From Ophelia neglecta (Eukaryota), in NCBI GenBank assembly GCA_965285935.1, contig OZ260663.1:45880001-45944000 (forward strand): a stretch of 64,000 nt of DNA, written 5' to 3'. Each line of letters begins with the position of its first letter. The stretch's first letter is position 1. Of this stretch, positions 13,801 through 28,800 are shown one piece after another. The notes beneath the pieces were generated by a model. That model was given only the letters and a program-made list of their open reading frames with translations, ran no database searches and was not told the origin of the DNA. The translations under genes and the position numbers were made by a program.

Positions 13801-16800
13801 GCATTCTATCTGCTTCACCTCACAAATTTTAATTCAAATGAAATTTTACACAGCAAGTCCTTACCACCAGTTGCTTCATATTATTGATTTATTATATATA
13901 TCTACCAAAAACAACATGTTATACAATGAACTCCTATGTTAATCCCGGCTGGGTTATAACTACTGAGAACTGACATCATTATTGCAGTTGGCTAGGTGGA
14001 TATTTATATTTATACATAATGGATATATTATATTTATGGCACATTTAATCTCTGGTTTAGATAAAGAAAAGTTTGGTTCTGTCTGTAAGATATGATATGC
14101 CAGCAATATCATTGAGTAAGGACATTTACTAACTATTCAGTCTTAGTGAACATGAACAGTTCCCAGTTCTTGTGGTACTAAAATTTAAACTTAACATAAA
14201 ACTGTGTTAAATTCAACACAACTGATAAACACCACAAACTCACCTTTTTGTATACATATATTGATGTTGCTGTTACTAGCATTGGTCGTGTTTCTAACCA
14301 ATTTCAGCCAGTGGCCTGCATTGCTCTCTACACTCAATGATAGCCTTTGTCCATCCAATACAAACTAAAAACATAACAAAAAACATTTACAATTATGTGT
14401 ATAGACAGACACTACTAAAATTAACTTCTTGGGTTGGAGAATACAATTCTATACATATGCTAGGGTCAAAATGAGTGAAAATGAGAATTATGATGTCATA
14501 GTGATGTCATCCCATTTACTGTGTATAGTGAATGGCAATGGAAGCCATAATGACATTTTTACTTAGACACAGGAAGTTAGTGACACACTTTTATTACTTT
14601 GGGCCCAGAGCGATAAGACAGGCGAAAGGCAATGATACACAATCTTGATGTTATAAACTCCACTATCATGCAAGACAAAAACTATTCGATGTCCATACCC
14701 CCAAATGTCTCAAAGTTTATACATGTCAAATATATTTCAGTCTTAAACAACTAATTGTAATCAATATAAGTGCAAAGTAAAGTATTGCACATTTTTAATT
14801 TTAATAGTCCTCTGTTGTTGTCCTACATTGTGTATTCTTTCTTGAAATTCAGACAGAAATAAGTTTCAAATAACAAATACTCTGGTGAAACGAAACTTGG
14901 TCAAAGCCATGAGTACACTCTATGTATATGTTTATAGTATTATTTTCACCCCAGTTATCGGACACTGATATGATACCCAATCAGCAAACATTTAATTTTC
15001 ACAGCATCAACACATTTCTGATCCCTGAATCAAGGAAATTTGAATACACTCATATATATCTTAACTTGAGTTAATCAGTTTTTATTTTGACATATAGATA
15101 ATCTATTCCACACAATATCGAGGTGAATACAGTATTACGTGTCAAAAAAGAATTTGATTAATCGATGCCACTAAGATTTTGTGCTGATGAAGATTAGCAA
15201 GAATGCCAGGTTGAGATGAGCTAGTAGTGTGGCTGGAGAGGTACAGGTGAGAGCTTTGGCAGCCCTGGTAGGTGGTCAGTGCCAGGTGTGATATACAAGA
15301 TCCAAGTATTAGATAAGCCACTGATAAGGTCATAATTCTCAAGCTGGCTTAAGGCTTGTGGAGGCAAGAGAGAGGAGAACAGGGCAGCACGGCAGAGAGA
15401 GCATCCATCTAGCCTATCACAATTGGGATAAAGGAGATATACAGAATGATGAATGTCTCTGTGCCAGATAGGTTAATGCTACGATTCCGCACTCAGGAAA
15501 ATACTGCTGATAACTTGAGAGCTCAGTGTGGATATGTCTGTCTGCCAAATCAATGTGCAGCCAGAATCACCGCCTCCCTGAGGTGATATCTAGCTTATTA
15601 CCTGCCTCCCTACCATATCTCAAGCTGAGAAAGCTATATTTGTGCTTGGTATCAGGTAGGATGCATTTTCATTATCTGCTTTCAAGTTTCTTCAACCTTG
15701 TGTTTGACTTGAGATAAGCTGGTTATAGGAATGGTCAAAAAGAACCCTCCAGAAACTTGGCAGCAGCTCCCAGCTCACTAAACATCTAACTCACTCAGAG
15801 AGAGGAAAGTGGCTTCCATTAATTTTAATGATTATAGTCTTTTCTTCAATATCTGATACGATAACTAAAGTCACCAGGAACACAAACAAACAACATCATA
15901 CCAAGATAGCAAAACCGAAATCAGAGACTGATATACCAAATCTGGGTCATTATTCTATCTGACAATATCAATGCTATTCCCCACGCATCTGTAAATCAAG
16001 CACACTTGCTGGCATTTTAGTTGAAGTAATAGTGTCTGATTATATGTCAAGCTATGAGACTAATTGCACTGAAGAGAAAGATTATAATGAACACCATTTG
16101 TGATAATCAAACTAACTAAACATACACAAGGGACAAAAAGAAAAATATTACAAATAGAGTATAAAGGCCTTCAACTGGAATGAAGTAAATTAAAGTAAAA
16201 CAAACAATGCTATCAGGTGAAGCATTTCTCAGATAAGAAGAAAAAAGAAAACAATCCCAAATGAACAAGTCTATGAAAAATAAATCTTGAGTAATACAAT
16301 GGTGGTACTGGTCCATGACCTATTGCTATTAAGTTATCAGAGAATAGATAATGCCTATCTTGATGACCTAGCTTTAATCAGCTTTTAGTGCAGATAAATG
16401 TCAGCTATCATAAAATTGTGCTATTATGGAAAGTTTTTCATTGAAGATTGTGTATATAAGACTATGCCTGTGGAGGATATGTCCCTTTGTATTAGTTAAG
16501 CTTTTAGATATAACAGGAGTAATGCTGATCTAATGATAATGTTGATAAAAGACACAAACTTAAAAAACAAGTACAACTAACAAAAAGAATTCAGGCATTT
16601 CTTATTAGTTGGGAATGTTGTTGAATAAAAATTATCATGATATATTATGAATGCATTTCTTATTGTACATTTTTACTAGACAGATCAAGTAGTCATAAGT
16701 AGACACATGTACATTGTATTCCAATTGTTTTGTCCATAGACAACCTTAAAGTCACAGATAATATAAAATTGCCAAAATAAAGTATATGCAACAATAAATG

Positions 16801-19800
16801 TTTACCTCTATAATGCAGGAAGGTTCTCCCTCTTGTCCTTTGTTGAACAGACCACCTTTATATGGTCCAAAACTGCACCCTCGAGGCAGAGGGATTGTAC
16901 TGTAGACTCCGTATTCAAATACTGGATCATCTACTTCTCTTAGCTGAAGTACATCACAAGGTAGGCAGTGGTTCCTTGAGATCTCTTCTATCTCATCCTC
17001 AGACTTTTCTGAAAACAAAATTCAACAATAAGTTGACAATTAAAACATATCACTACACTCCTAGATCATACTTTGAATGAAGAACTATCCTTGAAGTATT
17101 TACTAGCAAAACTCCTGGTAAAACATACTGGTGGTTTGCACTACCTGTTTAATATATTGCAAGCCAGATCTTTGTCTCTAGTGTGTGGGCAAGGCAAGTC
17201 ACCTGTTGTCTGGACTTGAAGGTCCTAGGGGGATCTAATATTACTGCCACAGATCACTGATAACATATACATATACTTATCATAGCTTATCAGATCCTCA
17301 ACAATCTAACCAATGTCAAAAGTCAACCTTGTGTCAGAAACAGAGTCATAAACATGTGACTGATAATAACAAAGGGCTCTGGACTCTTTAAGAAACAGGC
17401 TGGTTTAAAAAGAGATTTAATATGATTGCATAATACTGGCCCAAGTCCCTTAGTTTGAAAGGTTAGTGTAATTAACTAATTACAAATCTTCTTTAGAATT
17501 GTTGACACAAACTGTCCAGAACTCACTTTTGCACAAAACGGTATGAATGTAGATATTTTTTCAAAGGTTTTACTTCCCATGAAACGCTTTAAAATATTTT
17601 TATCTTAGAAATTATTCAGTGTAAAAAATGTGTATGCAGCTTACATCTAGCAATGTAGCCATTAAACAAATTTGAATTGTATTCATAAAATAACACATGG
17701 TTAAAAACATGAATAAGTTCTGAGCCCCAATGACAAAATTATATGATGCATATCACTTGTTATTTGATAGTGTAATCTACTGCTAGAGGTCTGATAAGTT
17801 CAGGAAGATATCTAGGATAAAATTCATGCATTATCAAGATCAGCACAATCTCATCAATAGCAGTCTGTCACCAACCATTTGAAGATAGGCCAATGCACAA
17901 TTTAAATTATCAAAGGACAATGGAAGGAATGTCCTGGAAGTAAACGGCCATGAAATCATCCAAATTCAAGAACCTGACTTATTGACACATTGCTGTTTTT
18001 ATTTGAGTTTAACCTTTGCAGACAAATGTCCTAAGCACTTTAAAATTATATCAGCAAACATTACATTATGACAGAAGGCACAATAAAACATAGTTCAGAA
18101 AAAGGCAAAAAGTCGCTAACTATATCAACTGTTAGCCACTTTAAACTCATATATTAACTGGAAAAAGTTACTCTTAAATGTCATAGGCCAACATGCACTA
18201 CAGACTGTTGTAGTATATTGCTTTGTCATAAAATAAATGACCTTTAATCACTTAGTTTATTCTCTTTGTATTTTGTCTAAAATTTATCACCTATATCCTT
18301 ATTTTACTCAAGTTCCTTTAAACAGAGACAATAAATGTATGTACCACATACAAATGCCACCTTTAAATATAGGCAAACTCTTCATGGCTACTCATTGGCC
18401 AACATGGTGATAAAAAAATAATGCAAACATTTTTTCCCCAGCTTTCATGACAAAGTTCCCTTAGCTTAGGCTAGATGATAGTGATAAATGCAATCAAGCG
18501 GCTATCAATTTTGGTATTGTATGACTAGAAAACTGGACAATGGTGTTATATGATCTTATACAACCAGTATCTTTATGGCAAGGTAACAGGACTGTAAAAA
18601 GTCTGTCAATAAGAACTGTATGAGCTTTTAGTATACAAGGACTGAGAGCCAAACAAAAAGTCTATCTAAAAAATCAGCATCGAACACCTCAGAAATATTG
18701 AACCTTTCCTTATTTTTTGTATGAATTTCTCATTTGTGCAATTAGAATTGTAAAATATTTCTTGATAATTTATTTTTGAAATTAAACTCTACAAAACAAT
18801 ATATATTGCCTACATGAATGTTTAGTCAATATCACACAACACTGCCTCTGCAATGCCAGGAAATATCTGTATAATGTTCCTATAGTTGCTCAAAATCTGT
18901 TTATCTTAGTGGGTAAGGGAAAGAAGAGATCATAGTTTATATCCTCCTAAATATACTAAATCATTTTGACAGAACTCTAAACCCAGAAAGTAGACAGACA
19001 CAGCTTGCTCCAGGAAGCTGTCAAATCAGCTTAAGAGGTAGATGTATACAGGTATATATGAATAATTACACTTGAAATCTGATGCACAACAAATCTTCCC
19101 CATATAACATTATATATATAGTAGGTTCCCTTAAGTCTAGCCAATCTAAAGTACAAATCAATATGACAGCACTGAGCAGTTAAAGGTCATAATTCTTACA
19201 TGCATTGTAGTAGTGAACTTATTCAGTTAAATGTAAAAACAAAGTGTATGGTTAAAAATACAGTGACTACTAAGGTGCTATACCAGCATGATGCATGGTG
19301 CTCTCGTAGGTTACTTTTTATAAATGTATGGTGAAATAAGCTGACACATTTTCGATATTTGTATATTTAATTGCCAAGTTGGGTTTTTCTGACATACTTT
19401 TAATTCTAACTCAAATAAGAAATTCCATGCCTAAGGCTGCAAATACCCTGTTCAAAGCAGGAGTTATGGTTTAAAAAAAAAACATATAAAAGGTTTTTTT
19501 ACAAACAAGCCATCAAGTGAGCTGTAAATTCTGATATCTTCCCAGCTATTCTGGAAATCCAGAACATATTGGGGCTATCAGTTGGTTATCTGCAGTAGAT
19601 AATCAAATGGTTTGGGTCCTGTCTCTCCCAATGCATTTATGGTTACAGGTAAGTTTTACATCTTTTATCTAGATAAACAGAAAACTACTCTCAGATGAAA
19701 AGAGAAAGTTGCCAGGCATGTCAGTCCCTGTTTGCATTACAGGAGATGAACAATTGTGCCACACACAATCTAGTGCATAATGAAATCACTAGACAACTAA

Positions 19801-22800
19801 CTTAACTCTTTGAAGCTGGCAAAGTCGAGATTTTACAAAAAAATAGTTCAAAAACTGACAATGTCCCATGTATGTGAAGGGCTGGGCAAATGCCAAACAA
19901 TTAAAATGTGTCCTCCTGCAGTGACAAGATCGGCAGGGGACATAATTATCCAAAGTTCACACATTTAAATGCCTTAAATGCCGAATAAACATATACATGT
20001 GTAATGACATTTGCCATGAATACAATAACCTTACCTTATATTACAAAAACATAACATCATTATGATATTATATTCATAGCTACATAAAAATGTCAAAAAT
20101 ATGTTAAAAATTATCTTCAAGAGTGGTCTGGTAAAAATTTTTCCTGGTTTTGCAAAACCCAAAGGTATGCCTGAATATACAAACAACTAGCGGTTTACAG
20201 ACAAGGACACTTACAAATTTTGATTTAAAATAAACTTTGTGACATATCAGAAGATGCCTTGTTAAAAGAATTTAAGTAGTCAAAATAAGTTATGAACTTA
20301 TCTCTATGCATATCTCAAACTTACTGTTAAAAAGAGTATAAACTCAAGTTCTAGGATATCGGCAGATTTCTGTCATACAAGTTTCTACTAGTGGCCAATG
20401 CATTTCACTCAATGTGCCTATCCTAGGCTATCACATAATGGAAGGGTTACCAAATAAACAGGCTTAGTTGTTACAGTGTTTTTACAATGTGACTAGAAAG
20501 AGGTCAATTGCAACTCAACCCACCATTTAATAAACTGCACATGACTTATTTTTAGTAGTCAAACATTGGAATATCCATCTGACATTCTCGATCCATCAAA
20601 TTCACTGAAAAATCATTTCCTCAATTTAACCTGAGAAAAAAGTTCAGGTTAAATTTAATAGCACTACATGGTAATTAGGTAACAGATTCTTTGCATTTGT
20701 AAGTAGTGCCAATGCAAGGGCCATGTTTTTTATTAATTATTTATTAAGCCAATAGAAAGAATTAAAATTGTTCTGCTTCAACCTTGAAAATGAAGTCAAG
20801 TTTATCAGGAGATTACTTTCATATAACTTCCTTATTAGTGGCAAATGAGTTGGGCATACCTTATTTTGCACCATGATGCCACCAGAAGGATCTGGGTATT
20901 TAGTTTTCTCAATATAAGCCAGAAATTGGGCTCAAGCTAAGTTGTCATGATGATTGAATATATTCGAAAGTCGGTCACATACTTGTCCTAACTAAGTGCT
21001 TGAATGAAAAAAGTCAACAATCAATTTAATTGAAATCTGAGTTTGTTGATATTAAGTCTCCAGTATTAGACTGCTTCTCACCCAAGTTGAAATGATGATT
21101 TTCTTATTGCAAAACAAAAGTTTCTTCGTGTCAAATAAAACTTCATTGTTACTTTAATAACTTTATACATAACAAAAAATGAAATCTTCATTAATCTTAC
21201 ATTTAGTTCGGTAGATATTTATACTTACATGTACAAGTTTACTACAATATGAAATTTTGTGCAATAATTTACCTTTTTAAAATCTTGCCTGTTACATGCG
21301 CTAACCAATTATACGTGATGATCAGTTATGTACAACCGATGATCAATTATGAAGTTAGCGCCGATTGACAACACTAAACTTAAGTCAAGTTGTCGATTTG
21401 TCTATCTTGCCCCCACAAGGTATCAGTACATGTATTGGAGTTTAAGGGAAAAGCAAAGCATATTTATTTTAGATATTAAGCTTTTTTTGGCCAAATATGG
21501 CCATATAATTGATTGTTAGTTTACCAAAACTTGAATACAGTAGTATAGGTATAGGAATAAGTCTAGTTCAGTTATGCAATAAAAAAAAATAACCCATGGT
21601 AATTTCATATCAGCCTTCATACAGCAACCAAATGGCCATTTCAGCTCTTGTCCTTCAGACTCGTGCTGATATGACAATTTGGGTGCTGCCATAATATACT
21701 TTTTGAACATAGTTTTGGACAGAAGACAGATATTTAGGTACATTTACGTCAGAGTGAAAGACAGACTTTCATTCATAATTTTCCTTTTTAAAGTTGAACT
21801 ATCTAAAACTTCCAATTTGAAAAAAAAAATCAAAAATAAAATAATAATACCGTGAAACCTGCCTTAAAGACCACCTCTGTATTCAGACCACCTGTCAATT
21901 CAAACCACTAAATTGAGACCATATTATCCTCTTTTAATGATAAGCAACCTGTCTAATCGGAAACTTGGGTGTTCTCAATTCACAGGTTTCACTGTTCCTT
22001 ATTCACCCAGCCTCTGTAGTTATTGCACTCAAATATATATATATGAATTGCCTTAGGAGAAAGATTGTGCCACGGGGATTTCAATTAAAATGGAGGTTAT
22101 GTTTAGATGCGAGTGAAGACAGGGAAAAAGCATGCAGGAGAATGTAGCGATAGTTGAGTATGACGTCACGGTATATCGTCACAGGGGAAGGGTCACTAAG
22201 GCATTGTGTATAGTCAATATAAACCTTTCATTTTAAATAAAGTCCAGAAGAAGGCAGGCTTGCCTGCCGAAAATTCGACATTAATACCTTGGTGTTTTGT
22301 TTTATTTTAATATTATATTGTTACGATTGATTCTAAATCTATATATATATATATATAAATCTTAAATTACTTCTGCTTTCACCTATATGTTCTGAAAACT
22401 AACCTGTTGACTGACCTGTTTTTTTAGGTTTTATCTTAGAATTGAATGTTGGTATATTCCTATTGTTCATATAATGATAAAGATTGAACAATCTAAAGGA
22501 AACTACTGATAATTTAAGTTCCAAGACATATATGTTGTACATCTAAATGTATTCAGGTCTTCTTTATGCGGGTCACAAAGAGCTGTGAGACAATGTGTCT
22601 TGGCCGAGGACAAGGGACCAATGAGTTCCACTCTGGTGGCAACAAGTGGTATTGTTTTCTGACCTCACCTGCCAGCAACCATACTATTTATGTGTATTGC
22701 AGGCAACTGTTGCCCTTAAGAAATGACATTGTGTAGTGGCGCTCAGGCGACTGAGCCAGTCTCTAACTTCTGGGCTCAATGCTGGTTTAGGATTTGTTTC

Positions 22801-25800
22801 CATTACATTGAACATGGGCTGCTTATCAATGCCTGGCTGGAACCTATCTTGTCTCTTTACCCAACAACTTGCACAGAGTATTTTGTTATCTCAACTACAC
22901 ATGCCACCTAAACTCGCTGGAAATTGCCTATGTGAGACTTAGGTGAAAAGGCACAATATTTCATCTAGCATCTGATGCTGGTAATCTCACATGTCAGACT
23001 TTCAGCGATAGTTGGCAAAATAGTTGCTGAATTCGCCAGCATCATGGATCAGAGGATTGTATCCCCGCCTATCAGGCTTCCATCTTAGTTGTGTCTCCGC
23101 TCTCCCTGACACCAGAGACCTTCAATCCTCCATGATACATTTGTAGTATTTTGTCTCCTGTAGCACTGCATTTCCTGATATAGATCTCTATATTTGAGGG
23201 TGGCAAAATTGACAAAGCTGCCTTCGATGTGTATTTATTCCACTCTGACAGTTGCATTACCAAACAAACAGCACCTCAAGAAGGACTTGAATAAGGAAAC
23301 TTCTCTTTGCTTCTTTCAGTTGCTGTAGTTTCCTTTTTCACTATTATGCAGCATAAAGTCCCATAATCAGTGAAGCTGTTGACTAAAAGCAAAAGGACAT
23401 TGGAGCATTTGACCAATTAACAATGATCATTCTTTTATTGTTAATATCAATTAAATTGATTGCCTTGACATAATTTCACATATTAGTGCAGCATGAAAAC
23501 CAGCCCTTTCCATCTTCACAAGAATAAAGACTGCACCTTTTTAATAAAAGACACTTACTAAACAGGCTTATGTATTTAATGTTAAGGGATATCATTAAAT
23601 TGGCTAGCAAATCATAAAGAGCACTGTCAAACAGTAAATGTATTTAAGGAATACTAATAAACAATTTAAATGAACATAAGCAATCTAATAAATGCCCCAG
23701 GACCAGATAAACAAATAATAAGAACAGTTAAAATGTACATGTGCATCCACTTGTTTGTTTGTATGTGGCTGTAGAGAGCAAACAAGGTCTGCAAGGAAAC
23801 TTATTGGGGATTTTTTAAATCTACAAATGAATATTTCAAACTTGTGATTGATGAGGGCCACCAGTCCTTGGATCTCAACAAGCCACTTACATTTATCTTC
23901 CTGGATTATTTATTTTTTCATCATTTGTATTGAGATTTAACACAGACTTTGATTAGCTATTCACTAAAAATTCAGAAAATTCTTTTGATTGTGAACATTT
24001 CAGATATATATGGTTTGTTTATGTATATGATATTGGAATGTTTGACTCCACAAGGTAATGACCAGGGCAATCCCAGCTACAAGCCTAGGTTATCCTGAGA
24101 TCTAAGCTCCCATCTCTAAGCTGGCATCTCTAAACCCAACCATGGCATGGATCTTGATGCCAGCTCTAGCTCTACAGATCCCATATTAAATCTTTGAAAT
24201 ACTAGGCTATCAAACAAAAATATAGATGCCCAGCTTGATATATTGGTTCACTATCAAAGATCTGTCTGTGATATTGTGTTATTTCCTAGTTGCAGAGTGT
24301 AATTATTCATCCCAATCATATCCCATGTCTGACATTATCTTATCAAGAGAGTGCCCACCCTTGTGAAATTGACGTAGTTGCCAGATATCTACTTCTGCTT
24401 GATATAACCATCACAAATGTTAGTACATCACAGCCAGTATCAGCAGCAAATATCAAATGGGCAAACAGCACATTCTAAAAGCTATCTCTTGATGCCATGC
24501 TGGGGGAGGCAACTCAAAGGGAGATTCTAGGAGTTCAATAGGGCACAGGGACCCCTAGACAGCCAGTATAAATGTTTTCACAGAAAACACAATGGGTTGG
24601 TGACTTCAGTGCTGCCCTCTTGTGCTAGTGGGCCAGTACTAGAAATCAGCACGTGGATAGTGTGATAGACTATCTCTCTCCCTGGGGTACTCAGATCAGG
24701 CCTCTTAGACACCCCTCTGAGTTGTTGATTTAATCCACAAGTCAAGCATGCCTTATGGTTATTGCTAGCCTTGTCCATGGCCTGATGCTTCAGACTCTCC
24801 TGTTAGAGATAGTGGGCTGGCAAGCAAGTCAACTTTTTCAAGGATCACATCCATTTACCATGTCCAGGATGAGGTTTCTTAGGATTAACTCCTAACATTT
24901 TTCTCATATTGTAATGTTATGCTGGAGAAGAAATATAAGAACCAATAATACCTTGAGAAAGGGTTTATCCAGTCTCAGGCATGACAAATTATTTCTCAGG
25001 TTCAATGGGGGCAGGGGGAGGGGGGTAATCGTGTATTTAAAAGGTAACCAAGTTTAAAGGTAAACAAGTGTACAAGTCTTTTTATTTGCCAGATTTAAAT
25101 TTTGTAACTGTTCCTATTTTGCGACAATGCCATTGAAATATTTCTGAATCATTGGTCATGAAAATAACTTTTCAACATATGCAGGCCTAATTGCTGAGCA
25201 TGTTGCATTTCCAAACTTATCATGGATTAGAGCGACGGACATTGACACATCATGTCTCATTAGAGCGACGGACATTGAGACATGTCTCAAAAGTTTCAAT
25301 GCCCTCAGGTTTTCAAGGAGAAACCAGGAAGTCAACAAATCATTGTAAGAATTGTAATTGATAGGACCACGGTTTGATCAGTTAGGCTTTCACTATATTT
25401 TATATTAGGCCACCTTTGATCTCCACTGACTTCATTTAAGGGAACAATTTAGTCCTATTTAGGATTTGAGCTAGAAAAGTCAGTGTACACCAATCTATTA
25501 TATTTGGCCCTATATTTATAATCTGCTGTCAAGTTGACATTGCTGCATATTCATGTATATGCTACATTTATTTGCCGGTTTCACTCATCAGCTTTTATAG
25601 GTTATTTGATTATTTCAACACTACTCGTGAGTAGCATGTGAAAAAATAGCATTGAAAAAGCAACTAATCATGCACTGATGGTAACACATGTTAGTTTGTC
25701 AAACACTTATTCGGGTCTTCTTGAATGAACTTCTTTAAAACAAAAGATACTTTTGGTGGATAACAACTATTTATACTGAGTTAACCATAGGCTGAGTGCC

Positions 25801-28800
25801 CCTTTTTATACTGTCTTCCTAAGTCACAATAAATTTCCTCAAAATTGCAAGATTTAGCTATAAAAACACCTCTCAAAACTCTGAGAATGCAAACTCGAGG
25901 AACATTTAGTGTGCTGTGACATCCCCTTTGTTTTGTATATGGCTGTTGCAAAATCTATGGCATTGTAGTTGAAACATAACTGAAGAAAGGTGATGCAATA
26001 ATAGCCTATATATTTTCAAGGTCTACCAGCATTAAAGCAACAAAACTAAGTGCTATAAAAATATATTGCTTTGCATTAAAAGCCTCAACTATTCATTACT
26101 ACGTTTGAGTAGGCTGGATTTTTTTTAGCAATGTTCCCTAAAGATGTATTTCTATTTAATATTTGATTAATAACTGTTATTTTTTTTCTTTTTGCTTCAT
26201 ATTGATATTCAGCCTTATACAGCTTCTAGCAGGATTGGGAAAATGTAAGAAGTTGATTCACTGTTCCAAATGTTGCCATCAAAATAAAACATTGTGTTAC
26301 ATTTGCTCAAAAAATGTGTTTCAGGTTGTGAGATAAATGCCTTTCACTGTCCTACAGATATTTTAAAAATTAAACTTCTTATTACATCCCTTTCCACAAC
26401 AATATCGAAATTATCTCCCTATCCAATATTAGTCTAGTGTGTTTGACACAATTTATAAACATAATATTGCATTACATGTTGGGCATTTGGCTCATGTACA
26501 TGTACATGTGGATTGTGATATTACATTATTACTGTAAGCATTTTGTATTTTTCAAGACTTTAGCGTGAGAAAAACCAGAGACTTGTAATTGGAAGTGTTT
26601 ATCTCAACTCAATGAAGACCAGATATGGTTAAAAAATGTTAACAGGCTAGATTAGATAAGAAATCTTTTAATTTTATTGGACCCACAATGTTTTCAAGAG
26701 TACACTTGGCAAAACAATACATAATCAGATTAAGAATAATGTTAAAAATTCAACACATCAACATGAGAACAAAACAGCCCAGTTTGCAATATTGTTGATC
26801 ATAAGTTTAACTTGCAACTATTCTTTGAGACATATTGTCCACTAAATTTAAAAAAAAAAGAGCAGCTTCCAACAGCAACAGCCTACGTAATGAGATAATG
26901 ATGTCCTAAGTGAAAACCTCAGCCTGTTTTATTCAGGTAATTATGCCATCTAACATTTCCAGGAAGCCACCTCATATTACAAAACATAGCCTTTGGATTA
27001 CCACCCTCAGGAAGACATGGACATATTAAACTGTGTGGTGTGAGTCTAAAGTCAATCCAAGAAGTGAAACCATTTAACAAACTATTAAAGAGTAATAATT
27101 CCTTAGATAACTGACAATGGTGGAGATACTGATGATAAAAGTCGGAGGTGTAACTTTCAGGAAGGCCTTCTACAACAAATACTCCTCTTCCAGACAGTGT
27201 AGTGATTAAAAGCACACCCGCTCTAAGCTCATGATGACACACTTAAACACTAGGAACAGGGAAAATATCTTCTTGGAAATATCAGACCAAACACCCCTAT
27301 CGGTTAAGTGTTTTGATGCTATCTGTTGCACTAAATTACAGATAAAAGTTTCCAGCAAAATGAATGTTAGACTTACTTTCTCATGGATTCCACCAGATTT
27401 TATCTCGTGGCTAGGGTCCTGGAATGTCTATCTCTTTTTAGCATACTTCAAATTAGACATTATCTGCATGTAGGTTTTATCTTGAAGCCAACTAAACAGC
27501 AGACCTGGCAAGACCTTTTTGCTTTATCTGAGCTAGTTCTCTTATTATTGCGCTGATATGATAACCAAAGTGGTCGTAATTCACATCTTTTTTCTTTACC
27601 AAACAAAGGCAGTTTTAGAATATCTTGATGATTCCGTCCCATCACACAGTCGTTATTGTACTCACAGCAACAATGAATGGCCTGTTGTCACTGCGCAAGT
27701 CATCCAACTTCATTGAGGAAAGATTAATAAAAGCATGGAATATGATAGTTACAACTTCCAATGTAAAATCTGTACAATTAAATAAGTTTTCAACATACTG
27801 CCATAAAATCTAGCATTGCATATAAAGGGACCAAAAGCCTGTTACACCCAAGCCACTCTGACATGGTATGGTACAAGTTACAGATTAGGGATCATATGTT
27901 CCTAATGCCATAAACCTTCTCTATCCATTTAATTTTCTTAATAAAATCTTGTCAGCTAGATATCGCGATTGGAGACTATAAAAAGGAGAATTGATAATTG
28001 ACGCAATCAACCATGATAGGTGTTTAAGAAACATGAACGTTCCATCGAACACCATCAAATGCAGTGTTTGCATTTGAAAAGGACAAGTCATCCGTATCAA
28101 ATAATTCAGCACTCATTAGAAATGGTAAGCACAAAAACAAGAGACTAGGTAACTACTAAACCATTTACAACTAGCAATTCAATGCCATGAACCATAATGG
28201 GGGCCTTCTCTGTTGCTTATCATGTTTACATGCAAGATTTCACTTGAAAGCTGTTTCCATCCTAATCTGGCTGTAAACTCCCTATACAGCACTGAACAAA
28301 TACATTCTGATGTAGATCGGGCCAATACAAAGTTACATAAAATGTGTCCATGTTATCTCCTGATGGCAGAGCATGATTGGGGGGAGAATATCTCCAAAAT
28401 AAATGGACAGGAGGTAATAAATTAGGTGAGATGTTACAGCATTTTGATACCATCTTTTACCAAGCAGCACACTGGGGAGATGATAAGGGCCTGGAATAAA
28501 AAGCTAATGTTGATATGTAACAAGGTAGAGCTTTGATTGATGATGATGAGGGTCGGATGACCATTTGGTCTTCCCTGATAATAAGCTGCTGATGCCAAAT
28601 GAGGGCCCTTTGCAAGGATGATCAGGGACTGATCATTCACTGTGATGCTGTGCATCTGACAGCCCAGCATTTAAACAAAACCCCAACTCATACATGTACA
28701 TGTACAACAATATTGCTTGGAAATACCAAAAAATATGTTGGTAAGAAACATACTTGTATCCTAGCCATACACCTAAAATGATGTGCATTGTATGAAAGGT

